Position numbers and translations under genes: made by a program | Notes under the pieces: generated by a model | Told to the model about the DNA's origin: nothing | Database searches by the model: none | What the model saw: the letters and a program-made list of their open reading frames with translations, nothing else | In this document: piece by piece, positions 10,951 to 22,440 of the stretch | Numbering within the stretch: position 1 is the first letter of the stretch | Layout: every line of letters begins with the position of its first letter | Source: an uncultured SAR86 cluster bacterium | GTDB taxonomy: Bacteria > Pseudomonadota > Gammaproteobacteria > Magnimaribacterales > Magnimaribacteraceae | Length of the DNA stretch: 64,000 nt | NCBI GenBank assembly: GCA_902611645.1 | Contig: CACMAF010000003.1 | Span: forward strand, 10,072-74,071 | Direction of reading: 5' to 3'

Positions 10951-12852
10951 TTAATTTTGTTCGGCTGTATCACCTACGGTATTGCCATCTCCAGGATTAA
11001 CTGGCTTGGAGTCTTCATTTGATTTTGGTGCTCTAGGTTTTCCTCCCGCCATGATATCGTCAATTTGATCAACATCTAAAGTTTCGTAATCCATTAATGC
11101 CTTAGACATGTTATGAAGAGCATCGATATTCTCAGTGAGAATATCTTTTGCAATCTGATAACACTCAGATAAGATTTCTTTGACCTCATTATCAATCTCA
11201 TGAGCAGTGTCATCAGAGATACCTTGTTTTGATGCACCAGCAGACCTACCTAAAAAGGGCTCATCAGTTTCATCACCGTATTTTATAGGTCCAAGTTTTT
11301 CAGAAAGTCCCCACTTCGTAACCATGTTATGAGCCATTTCTGTAGCTCTTTCAATGTCATTTGAAGCCCCTGTAGTCACACCTTTTTTTCCATAAATTAG
11401 TTCTTCGGCTATTCTTCCACCATAAAGGCCACAGATTCTATCGAGTATACTCTGATGACTATAGCTATACTTGTCTTCTTCGGGTAAAAACATGGTAACT
11501 CCTAAGGCCCTACCTCTTGGAATAATTGTTACTTTGTATACTGGATCATGCTCTTCAAGTAATCTACCGACAATTGCGTGACCTGATTCATGATATGCCG
11601 TTTTTAGCTTTTCATCATCAGACATGACCATTGACCTTCTTTCACTTCCCATCATAACTTTATCTTTGGCAAATTCTAACTGTTCCATACCTACGAGCTT
11701 TTTAGCTGTTCTAGCGGCAACTAGAGCAGCTTCATTAACCAGGTTTGCTAGATCAGCACCCGAAAATCCTGGGGTTCCTCTTGCTATCAGGGAAGCATCG
11801 ACGTCCTTTGCTATGGGAACTTTTTTCATATGAACTTTTAAAATCTGTTCTCTACCTCTAATATCTGGAAGAGGAACTACAACTTGTCTATCGAATCTTC
11901 CTGGTCTCAGAAGTGCAGGATCAAGAACATCTGGTCTGTTTGTTGCAGCAATTATAATTATCGCTTGGTTGTCTTCAAAGCCATCCATTTCTACTAAAAG
12001 TTGATTTAGTGTTTGCTCTCTTTCGTCGTGACCTCCACCCATTCCAGCCCCTCTATGTCTTCCTACAGCATCTATTTCGTCAATAAACACTATACAAGGA
12101 GCTTGTTTTTTGGCTTGATCAAACATATCTCTTACTCTTGAAGCACCAACTCCCACAAACATTTCTACAAAGTCTGAACCAGATATACTAAAGAAAGGAA
12201 CGCCAGCTTCACCAGCAATCGCCTTAGCTAAAAGAGTTTTACCAGTTCCCGGTGAGCCAGTCATCAATATTCCAGTTGGGATTTTTCCTCCTAATTTTTG
12301 AAATTTAGTTGGATCCTTCAGGAAATCCACAACCTCTTGTACTTCTTCTTTAGCTTCTTCAATACCTGCCACGTCAGCGAAAGAAGTTTTAACTTTACCT
12401 CCTTCAAGCATTTTTGCTTTACTCTTGCCAAAGCTCATTGGGCCAGACTTTCCACCTAAACCACCTTGCATCTGCCTCATAAAAAATATGAAGACGGCCA
12501 ATATAATAAGAATTGGGAAACTGGCAATAAGAAGTTGTTTAAATATGGATTGCTCTTCTGGTCTTTCACCGGTTACGGCAACTCTATGATCACTCAGTAT
12601 TTCACTCAAATCATCTTGTAAGAAAGGCGGCCTGACTGTCTCGAAAGATTCTCCATTTACAGTCTTGCCTTTGAGAGTGTAATTATCTGATGAAAATTCA
12701 ACGCTCAGAACTTGGTCACTTTCTACCTGTGATATGAATTCAGAATAGGATAATTCTTGATTAGATTGCTCTGTACTGAAGTTGTTAAATACAGAAAAAA
12801 CAGTAACAGCTATAAAAAGCCACATTAATAAATTTTTAAGAAGTTCGCTCAT
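10951..12852 (-). CDS. ftsH: ATP-dependent zinc metalloprotease FtsH
   Basis: Two TMs, Walker [28 protein letters not shown] zinc motif. Confidence 0.98.
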   Translation of the reverse strand: MSELLKNLLMWLFIAVTVFSVFNNFSTEQSNQELSYSEFISQVESDQVLSVEFSSDNYTLKGKTVNGESFETVRPPFLQDDLSEILSDHRVAVTGERPEEQSIFKQLLIASFPILIILAVFIFFMRQMQGGLGGKSGPMSFGKSKAKMLEGGKVKTSFADVAGIEEAKEEVQEVVDFLKDPTKFQKLGGKIPTGILMTGSPGTGKTLLAKAIAGEAGVPFFSISGSDFVEMFVGVGASRVRDMFDQAKKQAPCIVFIDEIDAVGRHRGAGMGGGHDEREQTLNQLLVEMDGFEDNQAIIIIAATNRPDVLDPALLRPGRFDRQVVVPLPDIRGREQILKVHMKKVPIAKDVDASLIARGTPGFSGADLANLVNEAALVAARTAKKLVGMEQLEFAKDKVMMGSERRSMVMSDDEKLKTAYHESGHAIVGRLLEEHDPVYKVTIIPRGRALGVTMFLPEEDKYSYSHQSILDRICGLYGGRIAEELIYGKKGVTTGASNDIERATEMAHNMVTKWGLSEKLGPIKYGDETDEPFLGRSAGASKQGISDDTAHEIDNEVKEILSECYQIAKDILTENIDALHNMSKALMDYETLDVDQIDDIMAGGKPRAPKSNEDSKPVNPGDGNTVGDTAEQN

Positions 12853-13448
12853 GATTTTTTTAATTCCTTTCCAATTATATAAATTTCTCTCGAGTTTGGT
12901 CTTGACGCTTTAGGTTTAGAAATTTTTACTTCATTGAATCTTATTTTGAGGGCATCCCTAGTATAATCCAAACTTTCACCTTGGAATACCTTTATTAAGA
13001 CAGAACCTTTAATTTTTAAAAAGTTATCAATCACTGATAGGGTGCTGTTCACTAAACCTATCATCAAAGCATTATCTCTTTCTCTAATACCACTTATATT
13101 GGGGGACATGTCCGATAAAACAAGATCAAATGGAACAAATTCAGAAATTTCTTCAAAATCACTTTCATGAATTTCCTCAATCGACTTATGAATGAAGAAG
13201 CAATTTTGTAATTTCATTTCTTGTATGTCAATTGCTGCTACTTTACCAGTCGGACCAACAAACTCGTAAGCTACTTGCGACCAACTACCAGGATATGAAC
13301 CAAGATCAAAAACTGACTGGCCTTTTCTTATACTAAAATCAGTTGAGAGTATTTCTTTTAATTTGTAAGAGGCTCTTGATCTGTAGCCTTCTTTTTTTGA
13401 TTTTTTTGAAAAAAAATCTCCATCTCGATAATTTGATTTGATTGACAC
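12849..13448 (-). CDS. rlmE: 23S rRNA Um2552 methyltransferase
   Basis: [32 protein letters not shown]; upstream of ftsH. Confidence 0.95.
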   Translation of the reverse strand: MSIKSNYRDGDFFSKKSKKEGYRSRASYKLKEILSTDFSIRKGQSVFDLGSYPGSWSQVAYEFVGPTGKVAAIDIQEMKLQNCFFIHKSIEEIHESDFEEISEFVPFDLVLSDMSPNISGIRERDNALMIGLVNSTLSVIDNFLKIKGSVLIKVFQGESLDYTRDALKIRFNEVKISKPKASRPNSREIYIIGKELKKS

Positions 13449-13455
13449 CTCTAAC

Positions 13456-13926
13456 TCAAAGATATTCTACTTTCTCAATCTCATATTCAGTGAGTCCTCC
13501 TGGAGTTTCTAATTTGATTACATCTCCTTCGAACTTTCCAATTAATTTTTTTGCTAGGGGTGAAGCAAATGAAATTTTACCTACACTAGCATCTGCTTCA
13601 TCCTCTCCGACAATTTTATAAGTAAGTGATTTTTCTAAATTGGAATTATAAACTTTTACTGTTGCTCCAAATATTACCTTATCTGAAGATTCGATGGTTG
13701 TAACATCTATTACTTGGGCACTGGAGAGTTTTGATTCAATATCGCGAATTCTGGCTTCAGCTAAACTCTGTTCTTCTTTTGCAGCATGGTATTCAGCATT
13801 TTCTTTTAAATCACCAAATTCTCTAGCAGTAGCGATGGCATCTATTATCCTTGGTCTATCTTCTGATTTAAGTTTTTTGAGCTCTTCTCTTAAGAGAACT
13901 TCTCCTTCTTTTGTAATTGGAATCAT
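13456..13926 (-). CDS. greA: Transcription elongation factor GreA
   Basis: [24 protein letters not shown]. Confidence 0.97.
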   Translation of the reverse strand: MIPITKEGEVLLREELKKLKSEDRPRIIDAIATAREFGDLKENAEYHAAKEEQSLAEARIRDIESKLSSAQVIDVTTIESSDKVIFGATVKVYNSNLEKSLTYKIVGEDEADASVGKISFASPLAKKLIGKFEGDVIKLETPGGLTEYEIEKVEYL

Positions 13927-16900
13927 TGTGAAATCTTATCATGAAGATCTTGAAGTCTTTCAACCGACCAAAGATCTTTATTACGTATTACAGAGCAAAC
14001 TGCCCTTCCGCCTTCTAATGTAGTGGTGCAATAAATTTTTTCTTCTAAGGCAGTCCTTCTGATTGAGGCGGAATCAAGAATAGATTGTTTCCCTTCTGTG
14101 GTATTGACGATGAGGTCAACTTGTCCATTTTTCATCGCATCTACAACATGAGGTCTTCCCTCGGCTACTTTTTTAATAATCTCAACTTTTATTCCTGCTT
14201 CATTTATGTGTTTTGCAGTACCTTTAGTAGCAATAATATTAAATCCTAAATCAAGAAACTCCCTTGCAAGTTCTGCTACGAAAGGACGATCTGAATCCCT
14301 CACACTTAAAAATACAGATCCGTCTTTGGGAATAATCTCTCCTGCACCTAACTGTGCTTTAGCATAAGCTTCAGAAAAACTTGAGCCGACTCCCATCACT
14401 TCTCCAGTTGATTTCATTTCAGGTCCTAAAATTGGGTCAACGCCTAAGAATTTATTGAAAGGAAAAACTGCCTCTTTTACAGAAAAATATTCTGGAACTA
14501 TTTCCTTATTGAAATTTTGATCCTTGAGGCTAATACCGGCCATACACAATGCTCCGGCTTTAGCTAATGATCTTCCAATACATTTTGAGACAAAGGGGAT
14601 TGTCCTAGACGCCCTTGGATTTACTTCAAGCAAATACAACTCTTTATTGTAGTATGCTAATTGAACGTTTATCAGTCCTATTGCTCCAATCTCGATGGCT
14701 ATTTTTTTAACCATGTGAGTGATTTCAGCAACTAATTCTTCACATAAACTATAAGGAGGTATAGAACATGCAGAATCACCTGAATGTATCCCTGCCTGTT
14801 CAATATGTTGGAGAATCCCACCAATAATAACTGATTCACCATCGCATACGGCTTCAATGTCCATTTCTACTGCTTGATTGAGAAATCCATCTAGAAGTAC
14901 AGGACTTTTTGCACTTGCTTGCACTGCCTCAACAAGATAATTTTCAAGGTCTGTTTTTTTATAGACCACTTCCATAGCTCTACCGCCAAGAACATAAGAA
15001 GGTCTTACTACAAGAGGGAAACCAACTTGTTCGGAAACTTCCATCGCTTCCTCAACACTTGAAGCAATACCATTTGGAGGTTGTTTCAAGGAATGTTTGC
15101 TCACAAATTCTTGGAATCTCCCTCTATCTTCTGCAAGGTCAATAGAATCAGGGGATGTGCCCAAAATTGGAACACCATTCTTTTCAAGCTCTTTTGCTAT
15201 CTTCAAAGGCGTTTGTCCGCCATATTGAACAATAACACCCTCAGGATTTTCGATATCCGTAATGGCAAGAACATCTTCGACAGTGATTGGCTCAAAATAT
15301 AGTCTATCTGATGTGTCAAAATCAGTTGAAACTGTTTCGGGATTACAATTTACCATTATCGTTTCGTATCCTTCCTCTTTCAAGCCAAGAGCAGCATGGA
15401 CACAACAATAATCAAACTCAATACCTTGACCTATCCTATTGGGCCCTCCCCCCAAGACCATAATTTTTTTATTTTGAGTTACCTTAGCTTCACATTCTTC
15501 TTCATATGTTGAGTACATATAGGCAGTAGAGGATTCAAACTCGGCAGCACATGTATCAACTCTTTTAAATACAGGATTGAGATTTAATGATTTTCTCAGA
15601 TGTCTAACTTGGTCTTCTGAACTTCCAATCAATTCACCGATTCTTGAATCAGAAAAACCTTTTCTTTTTAAGCCATATAATTTCTCATAGTCTAAACCTT
15701 CTAAGGAAACATCCTCTAGACTAACTTCTGTATCTATGAGATCTTTGATTTGAATCAAAAACCATGGATCAATCTTGGAGTACTCAAATACTTCTTCGGG
15801 TGTTAAACCATTTCTAAATCCATCTGCTACAAACCAAAGTCTATCAGGGCTAGGTATGCTTATTTTTTGCTTAAGCGTTTCAAATTCATCATCCTCTTTA
15901 AAAATCGGATCAAGACCACTTCGTCCGGTCTCTAATCCTCTAATTGCTTTTTGCAGTGACTCTTGAAATGTTCTACCAATAGCCATTACTTCTCCCACAG
16001 ATTTCATCTGAGTTGATAAGACAGGATCGGTTTGGATAAACTTTTCAAAGTTAAATCTAGGAATCTTGGTCACTACATAGTCTATAGAAGGTTCAAAAGA
16101 AGCAGGTATAACTCCACCCGTAATATCATTACTCAATTCATCAAGTGTATAACCAACAGCTAGTTTTGCTGCAACCTTAGCTATGGGAAAGCCCGTTGCT
16201 TTTGAAGCTAAAGCTGAAGATCTGGAAACTCTTGGATTCATCTCAATAATTAACATCTCGCCATCTTCTGGATTAATGGTGAATTGGACATTTGAGCCGC
16301 CAGTTTCGACTCCTATCTCTCTTAGAATATCAATCGATGCATTTCTCATAATTTGATATTCCTTGTCAGTAAGTGTCTGGGAGGGAGCAACAGTTATTGA
16401 ATCTCCTGTATGGACTCCCATCGGATCTAAATTTTCTATACTACATACAATTATACAATTATCATTTTTATCCCTAACAACTTCCATTTCGTATTCTTTC
16501 CAACCGCCAAGAAATTTATCAATAAATATTTCAGAAGTTGGGGAAAGTTCTAATCCTCTTTTACAAATTTCATCAAATTCTTCTATGTTGTAAGCAATTC
16601 CTCCACCAGAACCACCCATAGTGAAGTTTGGTCTTAATACGCAAGGAAAACCAATTCTTTCCAAAAGAATGTGTGCCTCTTCATTATTGTGTGCCAAGCC
16701 AGATTGGGGAACTTTTAAACCGATCTTTTCCATGCACGCTGCAAATAATTCTCTATCCTCGGCCTTATCAATTGCTTCTTTAGTTGCTCCAATCATTTCA
16801 ACATTATGTTTTTTCAATATACCCCTACTATCTAGATCAAGTGCAGCATTTAACGCAGTTTGGCCTCCCATAGTTGGTAATAATGCATCTGGTTTTTCTT

Positions 16901-17138
16901 TTTCAATTATTTTTTCAATAGTCTCCCAATGAATTGGTTCTATGTATGTCGCATCTGACATGCTCGGGTCTGTCATAATTGTTGCAGGATTTGAGTTGAT
17001 TAAAATAACTCTATAACCATCTTCTTTTAATGCTTTACAAGCTTGTGCTCCGGAATAATCAAATTCACATGCCTGGCCAATAACGATAGGACCTGCTCCT
17101 ATAATTAAAATTGAGTTTATGTCCTTTCTTCTAGGCAT
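13923..17138 (-). CDS. carB: Carbamoyl-phosphate synthase large chain
   Basis: [15 protein letters not shown], duplicated ATP-grasp domains, MGS-like C-terminus. Confidence 0.99.
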   Translation of the reverse strand: MPRRKDINSILIIGAGPIVIGQACEFDYSGAQACKALKEDGYRVILINSNPATIMTDPSMSDATYIEPIHWETIEKIIEKEKPDALLPTMGGQTALNAALDLDSRGILKKHNVEMIGATKEAIDKAEDRELFAACMEKIGLKVPQSGLAHNNEEAHILLERIGFPCVLRPNFTMGGSGGGIAYNIEEFDEICKRGLELSPTSEIFIDKFLGGWKEYEMEVVRDKNDNCIIVCSIENLDPMGVHTGDSITVAPSQTLTDKEYQIMRNASIDILREIGVETGGSNVQFTINPEDGEMLIIEMNPRVSRSSALASKATGFPIAKVAAKLAVGYTLDELSNDITGGVIPASFEPSIDYVVTKIPRFNFEKFIQTDPVLSTQMKSVGEVMAIGRTFQESLQKAIRGLETGRSGLDPIFKEDDEFETLKQKISIPSPDRLWFVADGFRNGLTPEEVFEYSKIDPWFLIQIKDLIDTEVSLEDVSLEGLDYEKLYGLKRKGFSDSRIGELIGSSEDQVRHLRKSLNLNPVFKRVDTCAAEFESSTAYMYSTYEEECEAKVTQNKKIMVLGGGPNRIGQGIEFDYCCVHAALGLKEEGYETIMVNCNPETVSTDFDTSDRLYFEPITVEDVLAITDIENPEGVIVQYGGQTPLKIAKELEKNGVPILGTSPDSIDLAEDRGRFQEFVSKHSLKQPPNGIASSVEEAMEVSEQVGFPLVVRPSYVLGGRAMEVVYKKTDLENYLVEAVQASAKSPVLLDGFLNQAVEMDIEAVCDGESVIIGGILQHIEQAGIHSGDSACSIPPYSLCEELVAEITHMVKKIAIEIGAIGLINVQLAYYNKELYLLEVNPRASRTIPFVSKCIGRSLAKAGALCMAGISLKDQNFNKEIVPEYFSVKEAVFPFNKFLGVDPILGPEMKSTGEVMGVGSSFSEAYAKAQLGAGEIIPKDGSVFLSVRDSDRPFVAELAREFLDLGFNIIATKGTAKHINEAGIKVEIIKKVAEGRPHVVDAMKNGQVDLIVNTTEGKQSILDSASIRRTALEEKIYCTTTLEGGRAVCSVIRNKDLWSVERLQDLHDKISQ

Positions 17139-18246
17139 TTATACTCATATTTTTATCAAATGTTGAGAATAGATAAGCTAAATCATGAGGTCCGGGACTA
17201 GCTTCAGGATGCCCTTGAAAACTGAAAAAGGGTTTAGAAGAATGTTGGATTCCTTGAATAGTTCCATCAAATAAAGATTTATGAGTTATCTCAACGTTTG
17301 CAGGTAAGGAGTTTTGTTCAACCGTGAAGCCATGATTTTGAGAGCTTACTGAAACTTTACTGGTTTTGAGATCTTGGACAGGATGATTTGCACCGTGATG
17401 ACCAAATTTCATTTTTGTTGTTTTGCCACCCAATGCTATTGCTAGTAATTGATGACCTAAACAAATACCAAATATGGGTATATTAATTTGTATTAATTCT
17501 TTAATTGTCTCAATTGCATAGATACATGGTTCAGGATCTCCAGGTCCGTTGGACAAAAACACTCCGTTTGGTTTGAAATTTAAAATTTCTTGGCAAGAAG
17601 TTTTTGCGGGAAAAATTTTTAACTCATACCCTTGATCAACTAATATTCTTAATATATTTTTTTTAATTCCGAAATCTAAAACTGCAACTCTGAAATTAGA
17701 TTCACCACTACTTCCTCTCCATGTTCCTTCTTTCCAATTATAACTAGATTCGGTTGTAACTTCTTTTGCGAGATCTAAACCAGCTAAACCTACAAAATCA
17801 TTCGCTAAAGCTACTGCATTATTTATGTCAACTGAGTTACCAGTAAGTATTGATGCCGATTGAGCACCTTTTTCTCTTATTATTCTTGTCAATTTCCTTG
17901 TGTCTATATCGGATATTCCTTGAATATTATTTCTAATAAGGTAATCGGATAAAGCTTCAGCGTTACGCCAACTACTTTCTGCCTGAGAGAGCGACCTTAT
18001 TACCAATCCGGAACACCAAATTTTATCTGATTCAGTATCCTCACTATTTGTTCCAGTATTTCCAATATGTGGATAAGTTAAGGTTACTATTTGCTTAGCA
18101 TATGAAGGATCTGTAAGAATTTCTTGATAACCTGTCATGGAAGTATTGAAAACAATTTCACCATTAACCTGTCCTGAAGCTCCAATACTTGTACCCTCGA
18201 AGATTGTTCCGTCTGCTAATGCAAGAATTGCCTTTTCTTTAGTCAT
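17131..18246 (-). CDS. carA: Carbamoyl-phosphate synthase small chain
   Basis: [34 protein letters not shown]. Confidence 0.99.
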   Translation of the reverse strand: MTKEKAILALADGTIFEGTSIGASGQVNGEIVFNTSMTGYQEILTDPSYAKQIVTLTYPHIGNTGTNSEDTESDKIWCSGLVIRSLSQAESSWRNAEALSDYLIRNNIQGISDIDTRKLTRIIREKGAQSASILTGNSVDINNAVALANDFVGLAGLDLAKEVTTESSYNWKEGTWRGSSGESNFRVAVLDFGIKKNILRILVDQGYELKIFPAKTSCQEILNFKPNGVFLSNGPGDPEPCIYAIETIKELIQINIPIFGICLGHQLLAIALGGKTTKMKFGHHGANHPVQDLKTSKVSVSSQNHGFTVEQNSLPANVEITHKSLFDGTIQGIQHSSKPFFSFQGHPEASPGPHDLAYLFSTFDKNMSINA

Positions 18247-18926
18247 GCAATTTTTAAATTTATTTCTTCTAGAGTAGCTCTAGGATTTTGGGAACCAGTA
18301 ATGGGTCTTCCTATAACAAGAAAATCAGAACCATTCTTAACAGCTTCTTCGGGTGTTGATACTCTGCTTTGATCATTTGAATCAGATCGTAAAGGTCTTA
18401 TCCCAGGAGTTACTGTTAAAAAATCTTCGCCTAATTCTTCTTTTATATCTTTTGTATCAGAAGATGCACACACAACTCCATCTAACTCACATTCTTTAGC
18501 TAAAGTGGCTAGTCTTAAAACTTGCTCTGATACTCCCTGCATGCCAACTTCTTTGAGAGCATCTTCTGATAGACTTGTTAAAACTGTGACACCAATTAAT
18601 AAAGGAGGTTGATCGTAGCCTTCTAAAGCCCTTCTTGAGGCTTCCAGCATTTTAATGCCACCAGAAGCATGAACATTTACCATCCATACTCCAAGATCTG
18701 CAGCGGATCTTACTGCTTCGTAAACAGTATTTGGAATATCGTGAAACTTTAAGTCTAAAAATATCTCAAATCCCAGTCCTTTCAGATCACTAATTACTTG
18801 AGGACCTGATGAAGTGAATAATTGATTACCTACCTTTAGCCTGCAGATTTTTGGATCTAGAGTTTTGGCAATATTTAAAGCATTAATATGATCAAGATCT
18901 AGAGGAATAATGATTCTATTTTTCAT
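18243..18926 (-). CDS. pyrF: Orotidine 5'-phosphate decarboxylase
   Basis: [26 protein letters not shown]; stop overlaps the carA start; no SD visible. Confidence 0.97.
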   Translation of the reverse strand: MKNRIIIPLDLDHINALNIAKTLDPKICRLKVGNQLFTSSGPQVISDLKGLGFEIFLDLKFHDIPNTVYEAVRSAADLGVWMVNVHASGGIKMLEASRRALEGYDQPPLLIGVTVLTSLSEDALKEVGMQGVSEQVLRLATLAKECELDGVVCASSDTKDIKEELGEDFLTVTPGIRPLRSDSNDQSRVSTPEEAVKNGSDFLVIGRPITGSQNPRATLEEINLKIA

Positions 18927-18929
18927 ACT

Positions 18930-19022
18930 TTAATCAGGAGAATTGATAAAATTTGACAAAAAAAAAGCGAACCAGAAAGATATCTGAAGTTCGCATTTTT
19001 GATTTTTAAGGCCTAATGGCAT
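18930..19022 (-). other. Putative 30-codon leader ORF of pyrF-carAB (MPLGLKNQKCELQISFWFAFFLSNFINSPD)
   Basis: ATG just after a promoter-like sequence; reads through the terminator and stops 3 nt before the pyrF ATG, in the same frame. Confidence 0.35.
18958..18994 (-). terminator. Intrinsic terminator inside the pyrF 5' leader
   Basis: Minus strand GCGAAC-TT-CAGA-TATCTT-TCTG-GTTCGC followed by T9; no annotated gene ends here. Confidence 0.75.
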
Positions 19023-19031
19023 TAAAACCAC

Positions 19032-19064
19032 ACTATAATAAATGTATGTTTCCCTGTCTATCAA
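19032..19064 (-). promoter_or_regulatory. Candidate sigma70 promoter(s) facing pyrF
   Basis: TAGACA-17-TATAGT (19060-19032) overlapping TTGATA-18-TATTAT (19064-19035). Confidence 0.55.
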
Positions 19065-19087
19065 AACCTTAGAAAATTAAAGAAAAA

Positions 19088-19846
19088 GTGATTAATAATT
19101 TAGAAGAACTCAATGGAATGAGAAAGGCAGGAAGTCTTGCTGCTGAAGTATTGGAGATGATTGGAGAATTTATCAAACCAGGAATCTCGACTGGAGAATT
19201 GGATAAAATTTGTTACGACTATATTGTAGATGTTCAAAAGGCTATTCCTGCAAATATAGGATACAGGGGTTTTGAGAAAACATTATGCACGAGTATCAAT
19301 CAAGTTATATGTCATGGCATACCAGATGATAGTAGAGTCCTTAAAAGTGGAGACATTATGAATATTGATGTCACAGTCATCAAAGATGGATGGCACGGGG
19401 ATACTTCAAAAATGTATCTTGTTGGAAAAGTCCAAGCTCACAACGAAAGACTTGTAAAAATTACACAAGAATGTCTCTATAAAGGTATAGAAGTTGTAAA
19501 ACCCGGAGCAAGCCTAGGAGATATCGGTCACGCAATACAAACTCATGCGGAAAAAAATTACTACACTGTAGTAGAGGAATATTGTGGTCATGGAATTGGT
19601 AAAATCTATCATGACGAACCCCAGATACTTCATTATGGGGAAGCCAATACAGGACAAGAAATTATGGAGGGCATGTGTTTTACAATTGAACCTATGATCA
19701 ATTTAGGCTCGAAACATACCAAACTATTAGAAGATGGATGGACAGTCGAAACAAAGGATGGCAAGAATTCAGCACAATGGGAGCACACTATTTATGTAAA
19801 TAAAGATGGGGCAGAAATTCTTACACAAAGATCTGAAGAAAGATAA
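19088..19846 (+). CDS. map: Methionine aminopeptidase type I
   Basis: CHGIP, NIDVT, HGDTS, CGHGIG, FTIEPMIN, SAQWEHT. Confidence 0.98.
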   Translation: MINNLEELNGMRKAGSLAAEVLEMIGEFIKPGISTGELDKICYDYIVDVQKAIPANIGYRGFEKTLCTSINQVICHGIPDDSRVLKSGDIMNIDVTVIKDGWHGDTSKMYLVGKVQAHNERLVKITQECLYKGIEVVKPGASLGDIGHAIQTHAEKNYYTVVEEYCGHGIGKIYHDEPQILHYGEANTGQEIMEGMCFTIEPMINLGSKHTKLLEDGWTVETKDGKNSAQWEHTIYVNKDGAEILTQRSEER

Positions 19847-19855
19847 AAGGCTTAG

Positions 19856-22432
19856 ATGTTTGAGAATATAGTTGAGCAAAAGAATATTGATAACAAAGAT
19901 TTATCAAAACAATTTGAAAAATGGCTTTTTGGTGACCGAGGAAGACAAGTAAGAGGAATTAAATATTTTTTAAACAAAAGATCTGATAATACTGATGCTT
20001 TAATTCGATCTATAGCTAATCAAACTAAGCTTAACGAGATTAAAAACTTTGGTATCTTCTCTGTTGGTGGCTATGGGAGAGGAGAGCTTCATCCCTACTC
20101 TGACATAGATTTACTCCTTTTATCAAAAAATAATTTTTCGAAGTCTGACAAGAAAAAAATTGAAGAATTCATTAGCTTATTATGGGATTTAGGTTTAGAA
20201 ATTGGACACAGCGTAAGGACTACAGATGAAGCAAGGAGTCAAGCAAGAGAAGATCTCTTCACAATGACAAACATGCTCGAGTTTAGAAGGCTAACTGGTG
20301 ATGATCAATTACATAAAGAATATTTAAAAATAATAGACACTAAAAACTTATGGAGAAATAAGTCTTTTATTCAAGCGAAACTTCAGGAACAAATAGAGCG
20401 TCATGAGAGTTTCAATAATACTTCTTATAATCTTGAACCAGATATTAAATCCTCGCCAGGTGGACTTAGGGATATTCACACAATTGATTGGTTAATAAAA
20501 AACAATCTCAGGAATACATCTGGTGGAGAAAAATTCATTGGTGTTTTGACTTTCGATGAAAGGCAAGAGCTTAATAAATCTAAGTATTGGCTGTGGGTAA
20601 TCAGATATCTACTCCACATCGAAGCTGGTAGAGAGGAAGACAGGTTACTATTTGAGCATCAAATACCAATTGCAGAGAAATTATTCCCTACTATTAAGAG
20701 CCCAAATCAAGCAGCAGAAAAATTGATGCATAGATATTTTCGATCCTCATTAAATATATCTGAAATAAATTCTACATTCATCAAGGGTTTGAAAGAAAAT
20801 TATGGGTTAACTAGATATTCAAGAAAAAGGAAAATAGATAAAAATTTCTATGTTAAAGATAATCTTATTCATCTGTATGATCTAAATGGCTTTAAAAAGG
20901 ATCCCAGTCTACTATTAGATCTCTTTATCAAATTAAGTGAAAATACTTATATTGAAGATATTGGCTCTGAAACATTAAGAGCTCTTAAAAGAGATAGGAA
21001 TCTGATTGATTCAAAATTTAGATCGAAAAAACAAAATATTAAACTTTTCTTAAAACTTCTTAAATCCAAAAGACTTTTAGTCACGCAATTGGAAAATATG
21101 AAAAATCTAGGGATATTGGGAAGATACCTTCCAGAATTTGGAAGGATTACGGGGCAGATGCAGTACGACTTATTTCACATATACACGGTAGATGCTCACA
21201 CCTTGCAAGTTCTGAGAAATATGCGATGGATGTCACTTGGAAAATCTAAGGAAAAATTTCCTTTAGCATCTCAATTAATTGATAAGCTTCCTAAACTAGA
21301 AGTGCTTTACATATCTGGTTTATATCATGATATTGGTAAAGGAAGAGGTTCAGATCATTCAGAACTAGGAAAAACCATCGTGAGGAATTTCTGTAAAAAA
21401 CATTTTTTTTCTGAAGAAGACACAAAAAAAATTGAATGGTTAGTTGAAAATCATCTTTTAATGTCTGTTACTTCACAAAAAAAGGATCTCACAGATAATG
21501 AGGTCATTAAGGATTTTGCGAAAAAGATTAAAGATCTAGATACTCTCAATTATATGTATTGCCTTACTGCAGCTGATATAAGTGCAACAAATCCCAGATT
21601 ATGGAATTCTTGGAATGCATCTCTTTTAAAACAGCTTTATGATCGCACTAAACTTTATTTTGAAGACGAGATACTACTTAATACATCCATAACAGAGGAA
21701 AAGGCTAAAGCTATGCAGCTTTTGGGAGATTTTAGGAAACAGGATGTAAAAAAACTATGGAGTAATTTTTATGGAGATTACTTTGAAGCTTCAGATCATA
21801 AAGACCTTCAGATTCATGCTCGAAATATCCTCCTTTCTAAAGGAAAGTCAAATATAAAACTTTTTCAAAAAGATGCTGATTCTTTGACTACGATTTTCAT
21901 AAATACTCAAGATAGAGCTAACCTTTTTGCGACAATTATAGGAGTCTTGGATTCGGAAAATATTAATTTTGTTGATGCTAAACTCTTTGGTATGAAAAAT
22001 GGATATTGTACAGATCTAATAACTATCAGTGATAACGGAAAAAGGGTCGAATTGGATTCTGAAAAAGCTAAAGTTTTAATCTGTAAATTAGAGGAGGCAA
22101 TAACTCCAAGAATCCTGAAACCTAAAATTGTACAAAGAAGGCAACCGAGAAATCTAAGGCATTTTAAAACTGACACTGAAATAAGTTTTAAGCACGATAT
22201 GAAAAATAGATGGACGGATTTAGAAATCAGCACTACGGATAGACCCGGTTTACTGGCATCAATATGCCAAGTCTTTTTAAAGCATGGAGCATTGATTAAA
22301 AAAGCAAGAATAGCAACCTATGGTGAAAAAGCTGAAGATAGATTTAGCATAACTTCCAAGCAAGATACGCCTTTTGTAAAGAGAAATGACTTAAATAATC
22401 TTATAGAAGATATCAAGGTTTCATTAAATTGA
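19856..22432 (+). CDS. glnD: [Protein-PII] uridylyltransferase/uridylyl-removing enzyme
   Basis: VGGYGRGELHPYSDIDLL nucleotidyltransferase motif, HD domain (LYHDIGKG), ACT domains (DRPGLL). Confidence 0.96.
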   Translation: MFENIVEQKNIDNKDLSKQFEKWLFGDRGRQVRGIKYFLNKRSDNTDALIRSIANQTKLNEIKNFGIFSVGGYGRGELHPYSDIDLLLLSKNNFSKSDKKKIEEFISLLWDLGLEIGHSVRTTDEARSQAREDLFTMTNMLEFRRLTGDDQLHKEYLKIIDTKNLWRNKSFIQAKLQEQIERHESFNNTSYNLEPDIKSSPGGLRDIHTIDWLIKNNLRNTSGGEKFIGVLTFDERQELNKSKYWLWVIRYLLHIEAGREEDRLLFEHQIPIAEKLFPTIKSPNQAAEKLMHRYFRSSLNISEINSTFIKGLKENYGLTRYSRKRKIDKNFYVKDNLIHLYDLNGFKKDPSLLLDLFIKLSENTYIEDIGSETLRALKRDRNLIDSKFRSKKQNIKLFLKLLKSKRLLVTQLENMKNLGILGRYLPEFGRITGQMQYDLFHIYTVDAHTLQVLRNMRWMSLGKSKEKFPLASQLIDKLPKLEVLYISGLYHDIGKGRGSDHSELGKTIVRNFCKKHFFSEEDTKKIEWLVENHLLMSVTSQKKDLTDNEVIKDFAKKIKDLDTLNYMYCLTAADISATNPRLWNSWNASLLKQLYDRTKLYFEDEILLNTSITEEKAKAMQLLGDFRKQDVKKLWSNFYGDYFEASDHKDLQIHARNILLSKGKSNIKLFQKDADSLTTIFINTQDRANLFATIIGVLDSENINFVDAKLFGMKNGYCTDLITISDNGKRVELDSEKAKVLICKLEEAITPRILKPKIVQRRQPRNLRHFKTDTEISFKHDMKNRWTDLEISTTDRPGLLASICQVFLKHGALIKKARIATYGEKAEDRFSITSKQDTPFVKRNDLNNLIEDIKVSLN

Positions 22433-22440
22433 GAAAGTAA

